Below, piece after piece: positions 1 through 7,525 of a stretch of 11,114 bases of DNA. Position 1 is the stretch's first letter; each line of letters starts with the position of its first letter. A program made the translations under genes and the position numbers. The notes beneath the pieces were generated by a model. That model searched no databases. It was given only the letters and a program-made list of their open reading frames with translations, and was not told where the DNA came from. The DNA is taken from the NCBI GenBank assembly GCA_049970015.1, contig JBMFNT010000019.1:1-11114 (forward strand), given 5' to 3'. This stretch comes from Candidatus Micrarchaeia archaeon. GTDB lineage: Archaea > Micrarchaeota > Micrarchaeia > CAILAH01.

Positions 1-77
1 CCCCCCGCGGTTGTCTTCCCAAGGAAACCGGTAGGGGGTGGAACCCCCTGCGGTTGGCTTCCCCCTCTGGTTGGCTT
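1..77 (-). other. Probable long tRNA intron (partial, at least 77 nt), or trailer of a split or disrupted tRNA
   Basis: Starts immediately after G37, the canonical archaeal intron position. It is GC-rich and contains the hairpin AACCG-C-AGGGGG-TTCCA-CCCCCT-AC-CGGTT (55-26). The closing half of the bulge-helix-bulge (BHB) motif is not in the window. Confidence 0.65.
1..77. repeat. Three imperfect 17-bp repeats inside the tRNA insert
   Basis: Plus strand: ccccccgcggttgtctt (1-17), ccccctgcggttggctt (44-60), ccccctctggttggctt (61-77). Confidence 0.85.
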
Positions 78-115
78 CTCGAGTCTGGCGCATTACCGGA
101 TTCTGCCACCCCGGC
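78..115 (-). tRNA. tRNA-Ser(CGA), 5' exon only; interrupted at 37/38, 3' exon outside the window
   Basis: The minus strand reads GCCGGGG-TG-GCAGAATCCGGTAATGC-G-CCAGA-CT-CGA-G. This gives the acceptor 5' strand, U8, a D-arm with GG, the anticodon stem 5' strand, and anticodon CGA at 81-79. The expected 3' anticodon strand TCTGG and the T-arm do not occur in 77..1. Confidence 0.88.
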
Positions 116-140
116 CTGTTTAATTTAAGGTTTCCAACTT

Positions 141-1358
141 TTAATATCTTATTGCCTCGATCGGATCAATCTTTGATGCATTGTATGCAGGTATAACTCC
201 AGCAGTTGCACCAACAAGCACTGAAAACACGATCACAGTTACGACTAGATTTATTGTAACAACAGAAGGTATTCCATACATTTTAGCTATCTCAAGGATT
301 CCTATGCTGATTGTAATCCCAAGCATACCACCTATAAACCCTATTATCACTGATTCTATCATGAAAATCATCAGAATCTCACTTCTTTTCGCACCCAGTG
401 ACTTAAGTATCCCAATCTCACGCGTTCTATCGAGCACGCTCATAAACATCGTGTTTGATATTCCTATGCCTCCAACAAGCGCTGCAACAAGTGAGATTAG
501 AAGAAGAAATAGTGTTAATGCACCCAGAACACCTTCTACAATATCATTTATCATGTCTGATGTTACTACTGAAAAATCCTTGTCATCATAAGTTGTCCTA
601 TGCAATGCAACCAACTGTTCCTCTATTTTTTCTTTTAAGAGTTTTGTGTCGTATCCTTCATCTGCCTTTAAATATATCATTGAAATCTCATTTTTGAGCA
701 CAGCTGGTGCAAACAGTTCCCTTCCCTCCTCAAAAGGTATGTATATTGCAGCATCGTCTGTTTGTGATAAAGAAGTGCCTACCTTTTCCAGTATTCCCAC
801 AACTCTAAACTCTTTACCACCTATTAATATCTTGCTATTAACCTTAACCTTATCATCACCGAATAGTACATTTGCAGCATCATTGCCAAGCACAACAACC
901 CTTTTCTCATTATCATTAAAAATCCTTCCAGATTCGATCTTTAGATGGTTTGGCCACATATCAAACATGCTTGAATCAATTCCTATCACAGCAGTGTTTA
1001 TGCCTTTTTCCTTGAACTCCAAGCTTGTGCGCGAGTACACTGCCCTTCCAATCATACTTATTCCAGGTATGTTTTTGATTTTTTCATAATCCTTGTCATA
1101 CAATTTTCCTGCGGTTGGCCGTCTCCCATAGCTCATAATAGTTGACACTTTCTGTATATTCACTGGTAATATGATTATCATATCTGAACCAAACTCGGAC
1201 ATCTGGCTTTCAACATCCTTTCTTACACCTTCAGATATTGATACGAGTGTCACTATGGTTGCAACACCCATCACAATTCCAATTATTGTAAGCCAGGACC
1301 TTAGCCTTTGCACGCGCAGGTATTTGACTGAATATATTATCATATCATGCAATTTCAA
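141..1358 (-). CDS. ABC transporter permease, MacB/FtsX family (paralog 2)
   Basis: Has RSWLTIIGIVMGV (TM1), a large extracytoplasmic domain, the GIxNTMxxSVxxRTREIGILKSLGA motif and a C-terminal PAYNASKIDPIEAIRY. The ORF track starts at GTG 1367. TTG 1358 is preferred because it lies 8 nt after GGAGGTG and gives MKL..., 405 aa, collinear with the paralog. Confidence 0.93.
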   Translation of the reverse strand: MKLHDMIIYSVKYLRVQRLRSWLTIIGIVMGVATIVTLVSISEGVRKDVESQMSEFGSDMIIILPVNIQKVSTIMSYGRRPTAGKLYDKDYEKIKNIPGISMIGRAVYSRTSLEFKEKGINTAVIGIDSSMFDMWPNHLKIESGRIFNDNEKRVVVLGNDAANVLFGDDKVKVNSKILIGGKEFRVVGILEKVGTSLSQTDDAAIYIPFEEGRELFAPAVLKNEISMIYLKADEGYDTKLLKEKIEEQLVALHRTTYDDKDFSVVTSDMINDIVEGVLGALTLFLLLISLVAALVGGIGISNTMFMSVLDRTREIGILKSLGAKRSEILMIFMIESVIIGFIGGMLGITISIGILEIAKMYGIPSVVTINLVVTVIVFSVLVGATAGVIPAYNASKIDPIEAIRY

Positions 1359-1372
1359 TCCGTGCACACCTC

Positions 1373-2590
1373 CTACTCATACCTTAAAGCCTCTATTGCG
1401 GGGACCTCTGATGCATTTTTTGCGGGAATCACGCCAGCCACAACTCCCACAAGGAACCCGAACAATGCACTACCAATCACAAATTCAATACTCACATATG
1501 TTTCAACACCAAACAGTGTAAGCATCCATGAAACTTCTAGCCCGAGTAGTATGCCCAACACCCCTCCCAACAACCCAATTATGCCGGCCTCTATAAGGAA
1601 AATGTACATTATTTCTTTCTTTGTTGTGCCTATGGATTTTAATATCCCTACTTCTCGTGTCCTTTCCATCACAGCCATAAACATCGTGTTAGATATTCCA
1701 ATCGTGCCGACAAGGAGTGCAATCAATGCCACTGTGCCAAGAAATAATGTAAGTATTCCTATGACAGAATCTACCTGTTTGATTATAACCTTCTGTGTTA
1801 TGACAGTAAAATCCTTCTCGTCTTCCTTAACTTTGTGCAGGTTCATCAGCACATCTTCAATTCTTTCAGCAACCTCGTTTACATCCGTACCTTCAGAAAC
1901 AAGCACGCGCATGGCGCTTATCTCATTAGGTGAGAGCGACTCCTTGAACATCTCTCTCCCGTCATCATAAGATAAGAATATCACGTTATCTATTTGTGAG
2001 TAGGTATTGCCTGTTTTTTCCAATATCCCCACTACCCTATACTTTTTCCCACTTATCTCTACAATGGAGCCGAGCCTTACCTCTTCATCAAATGTATCCT
2101 TTGCAATAGAATACCCAAACACAGCAGTTCCGCGCTCTCCAGGCTCGATAAACCTTCCCTCAAGTATCTTTACTGTTGATACATGCATGAAATTGTCAGG
2201 CTCTACTGCATATATGGTTGCAGTTAATGTCTGATTCCTATGCTTAACACTTGCAAAATTATAGAGGATTTTTGTTACCTGTTCAACACCTGCAATAGAT
2301 TTTATCTTCTCATAATCCCTTTCAAAAAGCTTTCCGGAAGTAGCTTGGAATGCAGTCCCGATTGCAAGCGATGCACCACGAGCCTCAATATTAATCGGGA
2401 ATATTATTATCACCCGTGGGTCAAAAGAAGAGAGTTGCCTGTCCACATCTTTCCTGAGCCCGCCAGCAAGGCCTACAAGCACTATTATTGCAGCAATCCC
2501 AACAACCACTCCAAGCACAGTAAGCCAAGTCCTGAGTGGCCTATGCTTAAGATTCTTGAGCGCATAGCTGAACCGCTCGGTTAGCTTCAT
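1373..2590 (-). CDS. ABC transporter permease, MacB/FtsX family (paralog 1)
   Basis: RTWLTVLGVVVGIAA, GISNTMFMAVMERTREVGILKSIG and PAKNASEVPAIEALRYE motifs; 405 aa. Confidence 0.95.
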   Translation of the reverse strand: MKLTERFSYALKNLKHRPLRTWLTVLGVVVGIAAIIVLVGLAGGLRKDVDRQLSSFDPRVIIIFPINIEARGASLAIGTAFQATSGKLFERDYEKIKSIAGVEQVTKILYNFASVKHRNQTLTATIYAVEPDNFMHVSTVKILEGRFIEPGERGTAVFGYSIAKDTFDEEVRLGSIVEISGKKYRVVGILEKTGNTYSQIDNVIFLSYDDGREMFKESLSPNEISAMRVLVSEGTDVNEVAERIEDVLMNLHKVKEDEKDFTVITQKVIIKQVDSVIGILTLFLGTVALIALLVGTIGISNTMFMAVMERTREVGILKSIGTTKKEIMYIFLIEAGIIGLLGGVLGILLGLEVSWMLTLFGVETYVSIEFVIGSALFGFLVGVVAGVIPAKNASEVPAIEALRYE

Positions 2591-2592
2591 AT

Positions 2593-4059
2593 TTACTTCG
2601 CCTTTTTCTTTCTCACAAAGAACCAGTATGCAATCGCTCCTGCAATCACAACCATTCCTATGTAAATCTCAGCACCAGGCCCTTTACTCACAGGTTTCTT
2701 TGATATGCTCACTGGCAACGAAACGTTTTTCTGCTTCCATTCACCGCTTGCATCTCTATACTTAACAAGTATGTTTATATTATACGTACCCTCCTCAACA
2801 TCCTTTGTCTTCACCTTGTACTGCACACTGCTGAAATCATCCTTTCCAAGCTCACCTATATACTGTTCCGGTTGTATGCTCAATAAGTAGAATGCATCAC
2901 TGCTGAACTGCACTGTGGTTGCCTCTATATTGTATGACCCAAGGTTTGATACAGTTACTGAAATCGTATGCTCAGTGTCCATGTATAGCGGTGTGGGTTT
3001 CGCTTCAAGGTAAACGCCAACATCTGCATCTGAGCTAACTTTTATAGGTATAACTTTTGAACCTTCCTTGTTTTCTCCACCTTCAACCCATTTCAGGTTA
3101 AGTGTGACAGACCTTGTACCCGGCTCAACGCTCGCAATTATTGGGATAGATATTTCTTTCTCCTGTCCCCTCTTTAACCCCCCTATCTCATACTCGCTCA
3201 CTCCAACAAGCTGTACAGTACTGCCCTCAACGGAAAACCTGAGGTTTTGCACATCATCCCCTTTGTTCCTCACTTTTAGCTTGAGCAAATCCTCTTTTCC
3301 AGTAACCACTACTCCTTCCTGTACAAATACAAAATCCCCACTCTCTTTCCTTACAGTGATTGGGATGCTCCTTTCACTGGAATATTTATTTCCTAACTCA
3401 TCTTCATAAGACAGTTTGATTTGTATCTTTTGTGGCCCCTCTGAAGCGCTTTTTGCATCTATTACTATTGGTAAGCTTACATTATCCACAACCCTATCAA
3501 CATAAACCACATCTTTACCTAAAAATCCAAACTCATTGCTGGTTATGTCAACATACAGATTTTTTGCAATGCCTCCATTATTTTTTATAACAAGCATGCG
3601 CTGGCTCACATCACTCAACTCATTGTTGTCCAGCGAGGTTTGAAGTGCGGGTGGATTAACTACACTCAGAGAAGTAATTATCTTTTTGTGCTCAATCTCA
3701 GTGCCGCCCGTGCTTGTGGGAACCTTCCCGTAAATATCCAACTCTATTGGATATATACCAGTTTTCATACCACTCTCAACCTTGAACGGGATTGACATCG
3801 TGGCTGAGCCTGTGGGTGCCAGGTATCCAACATTTATGCTTTCCTGCATTGTAATCTGTGTTGGTTTTCTTATTTCAATGACTACCCCAGATACTGAACT
3901 TCCTGTTTCAAGATTGTGTATCACCAAATTGAGTGTTCCATACTCGCCCGGTGCAATCTGTGCTGGGGACACAGAATAGTCCGTTACAGAAAAAGATGCA
4001 AATACGGAATACATCAAAAGCCCAACCATAGCCAACAAAAGCCTATTCCTTACCATCAT
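2593..4059 (-). CDS. Secreted, C-terminally membrane-anchored Ig-like/CARDB-type protein (COG1361 S-layer-like family)
   Basis: Has an N-terminal signal peptide (MVRNRLLLAMVGLLMYSVFA), repeated beta-rich modules (PGEYGTLNLVIHN, LKLKVRNKG, ISVTVSNLG, YIGEL) and a C-terminal TM helix followed by RKKKAK. The start is probably ATG 4059 or 4056, downstream of AGGTGA (4067-4062), rather than GTG 4065. Confidence 0.8.
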   Translation of the reverse strand: MMVRNRLLLAMVGLLMYSVFASFSVTDYSVSPAQIAPGEYGTLNLVIHNLETGSSVSGVVIEIRKPTQITMQESINVGYLAPTGSATMSIPFKVESGMKTGIYPIELDIYGKVPTSTGGTEIEHKKIITSLSVVNPPALQTSLDNNELSDVSQRMLVIKNNGGIAKNLYVDITSNEFGFLGKDVVYVDRVVDNVSLPIVIDAKSASEGPQKIQIKLSYEDELGNKYSSERSIPITVRKESGDFVFVQEGVVVTGKEDLLKLKVRNKGDDVQNLRFSVEGSTVQLVGVSEYEIGGLKRGQEKEISIPIIASVEPGTRSVTLNLKWVEGGENKEGSKVIPIKVSSDADVGVYLEAKPTPLYMDTEHTISVTVSNLGSYNIEATTVQFSSDAFYLLSIQPEQYIGELGKDDFSSVQYKVKTKDVEEGTYNINILVKYRDASGEWKQKNVSLPVSISKKPVSKGPGAEIYIGMVVIAGAIAYWFFVRKKKAK

Positions 4060-4744
4060 ATTCACCTTTTGATACTATCCTTCCATCCCTTATTCTTATA
4101 ATCCTTTTTGCATTGCTTGCTACATCATTATCATGCGTGACAATTATAAGTGATTTTCCTTTCTTATTTAGCTCGTTGAATATCTCAACAACCTCGTCAC
4201 CGCTCTTCGAATCGAGGTTTCCTGTCGGCTCATCTGCAAGTATCACAGCTGGGTCGTTTGCAAGCGCGCGTGCGATTGCAACCCTCTGCCTTTGCCCGCC
4301 ACTTAGCTCGTTAGGCTTATGGTGTGCCCTGTTCTCCATCCCAAGCTGTTCAAGCAATTGGTATGCCCGCATCTCCCGTATATCTTTTGGCACATCATAT
4401 ATCATCATCGGCAGCATAACATTTTCTATTGCGGTCAGGCTTGGCACAAGATTATACATCTGGAAAACAAACCCTATCTTCTTCCCGCGTATGTACGCCC
4501 TTTCATCATCGCTAATCCTACTGACCTCTTTCTCTTCAACAAAAACCTTTCCCTTAGTTGGTGTATCGAGAAGCCCCAGTATGTGTAGCAAAGTACTCTT
4601 TCCACTTCCACTCGGCCCCAGTATGCTTATGTACTCTCCCATATGTATAGTTAGGTTGATTTCCCTGAGAGCATGTATTATACTCTCTCCCATAACATAC
4701 TCCTTTGACACATTTTGCAATTCGAGCGCGGGCGTTTTTTTCAT
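4043..4744 (-). CDS. ABC transporter ATP-binding protein, LolD/MacB/MJ0796 family
   Basis: Walker A GPSGSGKST, Q-loop GFVFQ, signature LSGGQRQR, Walker B ILADEPTGNLD, H-loop VTHD. Confidence 0.97.
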   Translation of the reverse strand: MKKTPALELQNVSKEYVMGESIIHALREINLTIHMGEYISILGPSGSGKSTLLHILGLLDTPTKGKVFVEEKEVSRISDDERAYIRGKKIGFVFQMYNLVPSLTAIENVMLPMMIYDVPKDIREMRAYQLLEQLGMENRAHHKPNELSGGQRQRVAIARALANDPAVILADEPTGNLDSKSGDEVVEIFNELNKKGKSLIIVTHDNDVASNAKRIIRIRDGRIVSKGEYDGKE

Positions 4745-4839
4745 CTATTTAGTATGATATAGCAACCTATATATAATTTACTTACTTTAATAGAAAGCTG
4801 CTTATACTCAATAAACTTGAATTATAGGAGGTGTAAATT
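4745..4839. promoter_or_regulatory. Divergent promoter region between the ABC operon and the thermosome gene
   Basis: AT-rich 95 bp. A TATA-like TTATATAT (minus, 4776-4769) lies ~25-32 nt before ATG 4744, suggesting a leaderless mRNA. TTTAATA occurs at 4786-4792 (plus). A strong Shine-Dalgarno AGGAGGTG at 4826-4833 precedes ATG 4840. Confidence 0.6.
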
Positions 4840-6495
4840 ATGACAACAACTACAAGCCTGAATGGACAACCGGTTGTAATTTTGCCGGAAGGCACAACGC
4901 GCATGATTGGAAGGGATGCACAGCGCACAAACATTGCAGTGGCATATGCTGTTGCAAGCGCGGTACGTACCACGCTCGGCCCAAAAGGAATGGACAAGAT
5001 GTTGGTAAGCGATATTGGGGATATAGTGATAACCAACGATGGTGCTACCATACTTGATGAGATGAATCTTGAGCATCCTGCCGGAAAGCTTTTGGTTGAG
5101 GTTGCAAAGGCTCAAGATAAAGAGGTTGGTGATGGAACAACTACAGCGGCAGCAATTGCAGGTGAACTGCTAAAAAATGCTGGTGAGCTTTTGGACCAGA
5201 ATATACATGCGAGCACGATTGTCAAGGGATATAAGCTTGCGGCAAACAAGTCGCACAGTATACTTAGGGATGTGGGTGCAAAGGTATCTCTAAAGGATAA
5301 GGACAAGCTAATTAAGATCGCAGAGGTTTCGCTGGGCTCGAAGAGTGCAGGTGTCGGCACTGCAAAATCACATCTTGCAAAGATTGTTGTTGATGCAGTT
5401 AACATGGTGGCTGAGGAGACAGATTCAGTAGTAAACATAGACATTGAGCAGATAAAGATAGAGAAGAAGACGGGTGGCAGGACTGAAGATACATCACTCA
5501 TAAAAGGTGTGCTTGTAGACAAGGAGGTTGTTCATGTCGGCATGCCAAAATCTGTTAGTGATGCAAAGGTGTTATTGATAGATACAGCGCTTGAGATTGA
5601 GAAGCCTGAGACCGATGCAAAGATAGAGATTACATCACCCGACCAGTTGACGGCGTTCCTTAAGCAGGAGGAAAACATTCTTAGGGATATGGTTGAGAAG
5701 ATTGCAAAGAGCGGTGCAAATGTGGTTTTCTGCCAGAAAGGCATTGATGATGTTGCACAGCACTTCCTAGCAAAGAAAGGTATTGTGGCGGTTAGGAGGG
5801 TTAAGAAGAGTGATATGGAGAAGCTGAGCAGGGCAACAGGTGCAAAGATCATAACAAACCTTGATGACATATCTAAAGGGGATCTTGGATATGCAGGTAG
5901 GGTTGAGGAGAAGAAAATAGGTGGAGAGGCGATGGTGTTTGTGAGCGATTGCAAAAACCCGAAGAGTGTTACTATATTTGTACGAGGAGGCAGTGAGCAC
6001 GTGGTGAATGAGGTTGAGCGTGCAATCAAAGATGCAATAGGTTCGGTTACCAGTGCAGTTGATGATGGAATGTATGTGTGCGGTGGAGGCAGTGTTGAAG
6101 TTGAGCTTGCAGAGGCCCTGCGTGCATATGCACGGGAGATCGGTGGCCGTGAGCAGCTTGCGGTTGAGGCGTTTGCAAAAGCGCTTGAAGTTATACCAAA
6201 GACGCTTGCTGAGAGTGCAGGCATGGACGCAATCGATACGCTGGTCTCATTAAGGAAGGAGCACAACAAAGGCAATAAAAACTATGGAGTAGATGTGCAC
6301 GCAAATTCGATAGCTGATATGGAAAAGCTTGGCGTAATCGAGCCTTTAAAAGTCAAGAGGCAGGCGATTATAAGCGCTTCAGAAGCGGCAGAGATGATAC
6401 TTCGCATAGATGATATGATTGCAAGCAAGGGTAAGCCAAAGATGCCTCCGGGTGGCCAGGGCGGTATGGGCGGTGAAACAGGCGGCTTTGAATAA
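4840..6495 (+). CDS. ths: Thermosome subunit (group II chaperonin)
   Basis: [33 protein letters not shown] and AEMILRIDD motifs; Gly/Met-rich tail. Alpha versus beta subunit cannot be assigned. Confidence 0.98.
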   Translation: MTTTTSLNGQPVVILPEGTTRMIGRDAQRTNIAVAYAVASAVRTTLGPKGMDKMLVSDIGDIVITNDGATILDEMNLEHPAGKLLVEVAKAQDKEVGDGTTTAAAIAGELLKNAGELLDQNIHASTIVKGYKLAANKSHSILRDVGAKVSLKDKDKLIKIAEVSLGSKSAGVGTAKSHLAKIVVDAVNMVAEETDSVVNIDIEQIKIEKKTGGRTEDTSLIKGVLVDKEVVHVGMPKSVSDAKVLLIDTALEIEKPETDAKIEITSPDQLTAFLKQEENILRDMVEKIAKSGANVVFCQKGIDDVAQHFLAKKGIVAVRRVKKSDMEKLSRATGAKIITNLDDISKGDLGYAGRVEEKKIGGEAMVFVSDCKNPKSVTIFVRGGSEHVVNEVERAIKDAIGSVTSAVDDGMYVCGGGSVEVELAEALRAYAREIGGREQLAVEAFAKALEVIPKTLAESAGMDAIDTLVSLRKEHNKGNKNYGVDVHANSIADMEKLGVIEPLKVKRQAIISASEAAEMILRIDDMIASKGKPKMPPGGQGGMGGETGGFE

Positions 6496-6531
6496 GTAAT
6501 TTTAATCTTCTTTTTTTGCTTCACTTTTTTT
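6496..6531 (+). terminator. Putative oligo-T archaeal terminator of the thermosome gene
   Basis: T7 runs at 6511-6517 and 6525-6531 just after the stop codon, overlapping the Lys-rich 3' end of the convergent gene. Confidence 0.45.
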
Positions 6532-7470
6532 AAGTGTGATTATTAGGTATATGGTTATAAGGAGCAGTGCGATTACAAGCAGCGGGCTTAGCACATAATA
6601 ATTTACCTGAAAGTTGTCAACGCTTACCACATCAATTATTGCAAATATGTTGAAGGAGATGTGCACAAGTGTTGCGACCAGTATTGGGATTGCGAGCAGC
6701 AGTGCACCTACATGCTCAAAGCTTATCTTTATCTTACTGAATATTGCGCCTCCGATTGCAGTGAACACGCCGTGTGCAATTGTATTGTACAACGCTCTAA
6801 ACACTAACAAATCTATAGAGTATATGGGCACGCGTGTCGTTACATAGAATATGTTTTCGGTCATGGCAAAACCCACACCGATCGAAAATCCCACTAGTAT
6901 ACCGTCCAGCGGCCCACGGAACATCTTGTGAGGTGAGATAAGGAAAATACCAATGATTTTGATTATTTCTTCAAAAAATGGTGCAAGTATTACTAGTGTC
7001 AAAACCCCCATCTGTTTGTCTACAATTTCTCCCAAGAGTATTCCGATCACTGAATTGATGAAGAATGCGGCAAGTGCAGCTATGATACCGTAAGATATAC
7101 CACCGAAAACGAACCTTAGCGGCTCGCGGTATTTGCCTTCCAGGAACCATACCATTATTGGGTCAAAGAATGCAAAGAAAAGTATGAGTATGAACGAGAA
7201 GAACAACCAGTCATACGCTATAATACTCTCTTCCATGCTGAACAGCAATGATGCAGTAAACACTGCGAGTATTCCAAAGGTTGATATCCAGAACATGGGG
7301 TGTATGATTATGCACGCAACCTCCTTCTCAAACGAAAACTCGTCAAAATCTGGAAAAAATAATGTCCTGAGCGTCATTGATGTTCTTCTGTGGAGTGCGG
7401 AATAAAGTGCAATGAGAATGATTGTAGCAATTCCTACGGACAAATACATCGAAAGCCCAAGGTAATCCAT
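6502..7470 (-). CDS. PrsW-family intramembrane (glutamic/metallo) protease
   Basis: Polytopic membrane protein with APFFEEIIK (EExxK), GVGFAMTEN (FxxxEN), AHGVFT and HISFN (HxxxN) motifs. Confidence 0.9.
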   Translation of the reverse strand: MDYLGLSMYLSVGIATIILIALYSALHRRTSMTLRTLFFPDFDEFSFEKEVACIIIHPMFWISTFGILAVFTASLLFSMEESIIAYDWLFFSFILILFFAFFDPIMVWFLEGKYREPLRFVFGGISYGIIAALAAFFINSVIGILLGEIVDKQMGVLTLVILAPFFEEIIKIIGIFLISPHKMFRGPLDGILVGFSIGVGFAMTENIFYVTTRVPIYSIDLLVFRALYNTIAHGVFTAIGGAIFSKIKISFEHVGALLLAIPILVATLVHISFNIFAIIDVVSVDNFQVNYYVLSPLLVIALLLITIYLIITLKKSEAKKED

Positions 7471-7525
7471 ACATCTGAGTATTTAACACTCATCTTAATA
7501 TTATTAATCTCCACTAAATACTTTC
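7471..7525. promoter_or_regulatory. Compact 55-bp divergent promoter (PrsW-like gene / rtcB)
   Basis: A central TTAATATTATTAA (7495-7507) lies at TATA-like distance from both ATGs. Neither gene has a Shine-Dalgarno. An 8-bp inverted repeat, AGTATTTA (7478-7485) / TAAATACT (7515-7522), flanks the core. Confidence 0.55.

Noticed and set aside
1..77. C/D-box guide RNA inside the tRNA intron (as in euryarchaeal tRNA-Trp)
   Set aside because: No RUGAUGA or CUGA boxes in the visible part.
123..134. BRE/TATA-like GAAACCTTAAAT upstream of the tRNA
   Set aside because: It ends only 7 nt before the mature tRNA 5' end, too close for a TATA box. TATTAAAA at 146-139 or read-through from the ABC operon is more plausible, but neither is provable.
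181..4757. Plus-strand ORFs opposite the ABC operon (e.g. 1347-1970, 4113-4757, 646-1089)
   Set aside because: Antisense shadows of well-supported genes; Ser/Pro/Ile-rich with no recognisable motifs.
4745..4839. Known heat-shock regulator site (Phr- or HSR1-type) upstream of the thermosome
   Set aside because: No convincing match to those palindromes could be seen.
4782..6524. Minus-strand ORFs opposite the thermosome (e.g. 5532-6275, 247 aa)
   Set aside because: Typical antisense open frames of a chaperonin gene with biased codon usage; no independent evidence.
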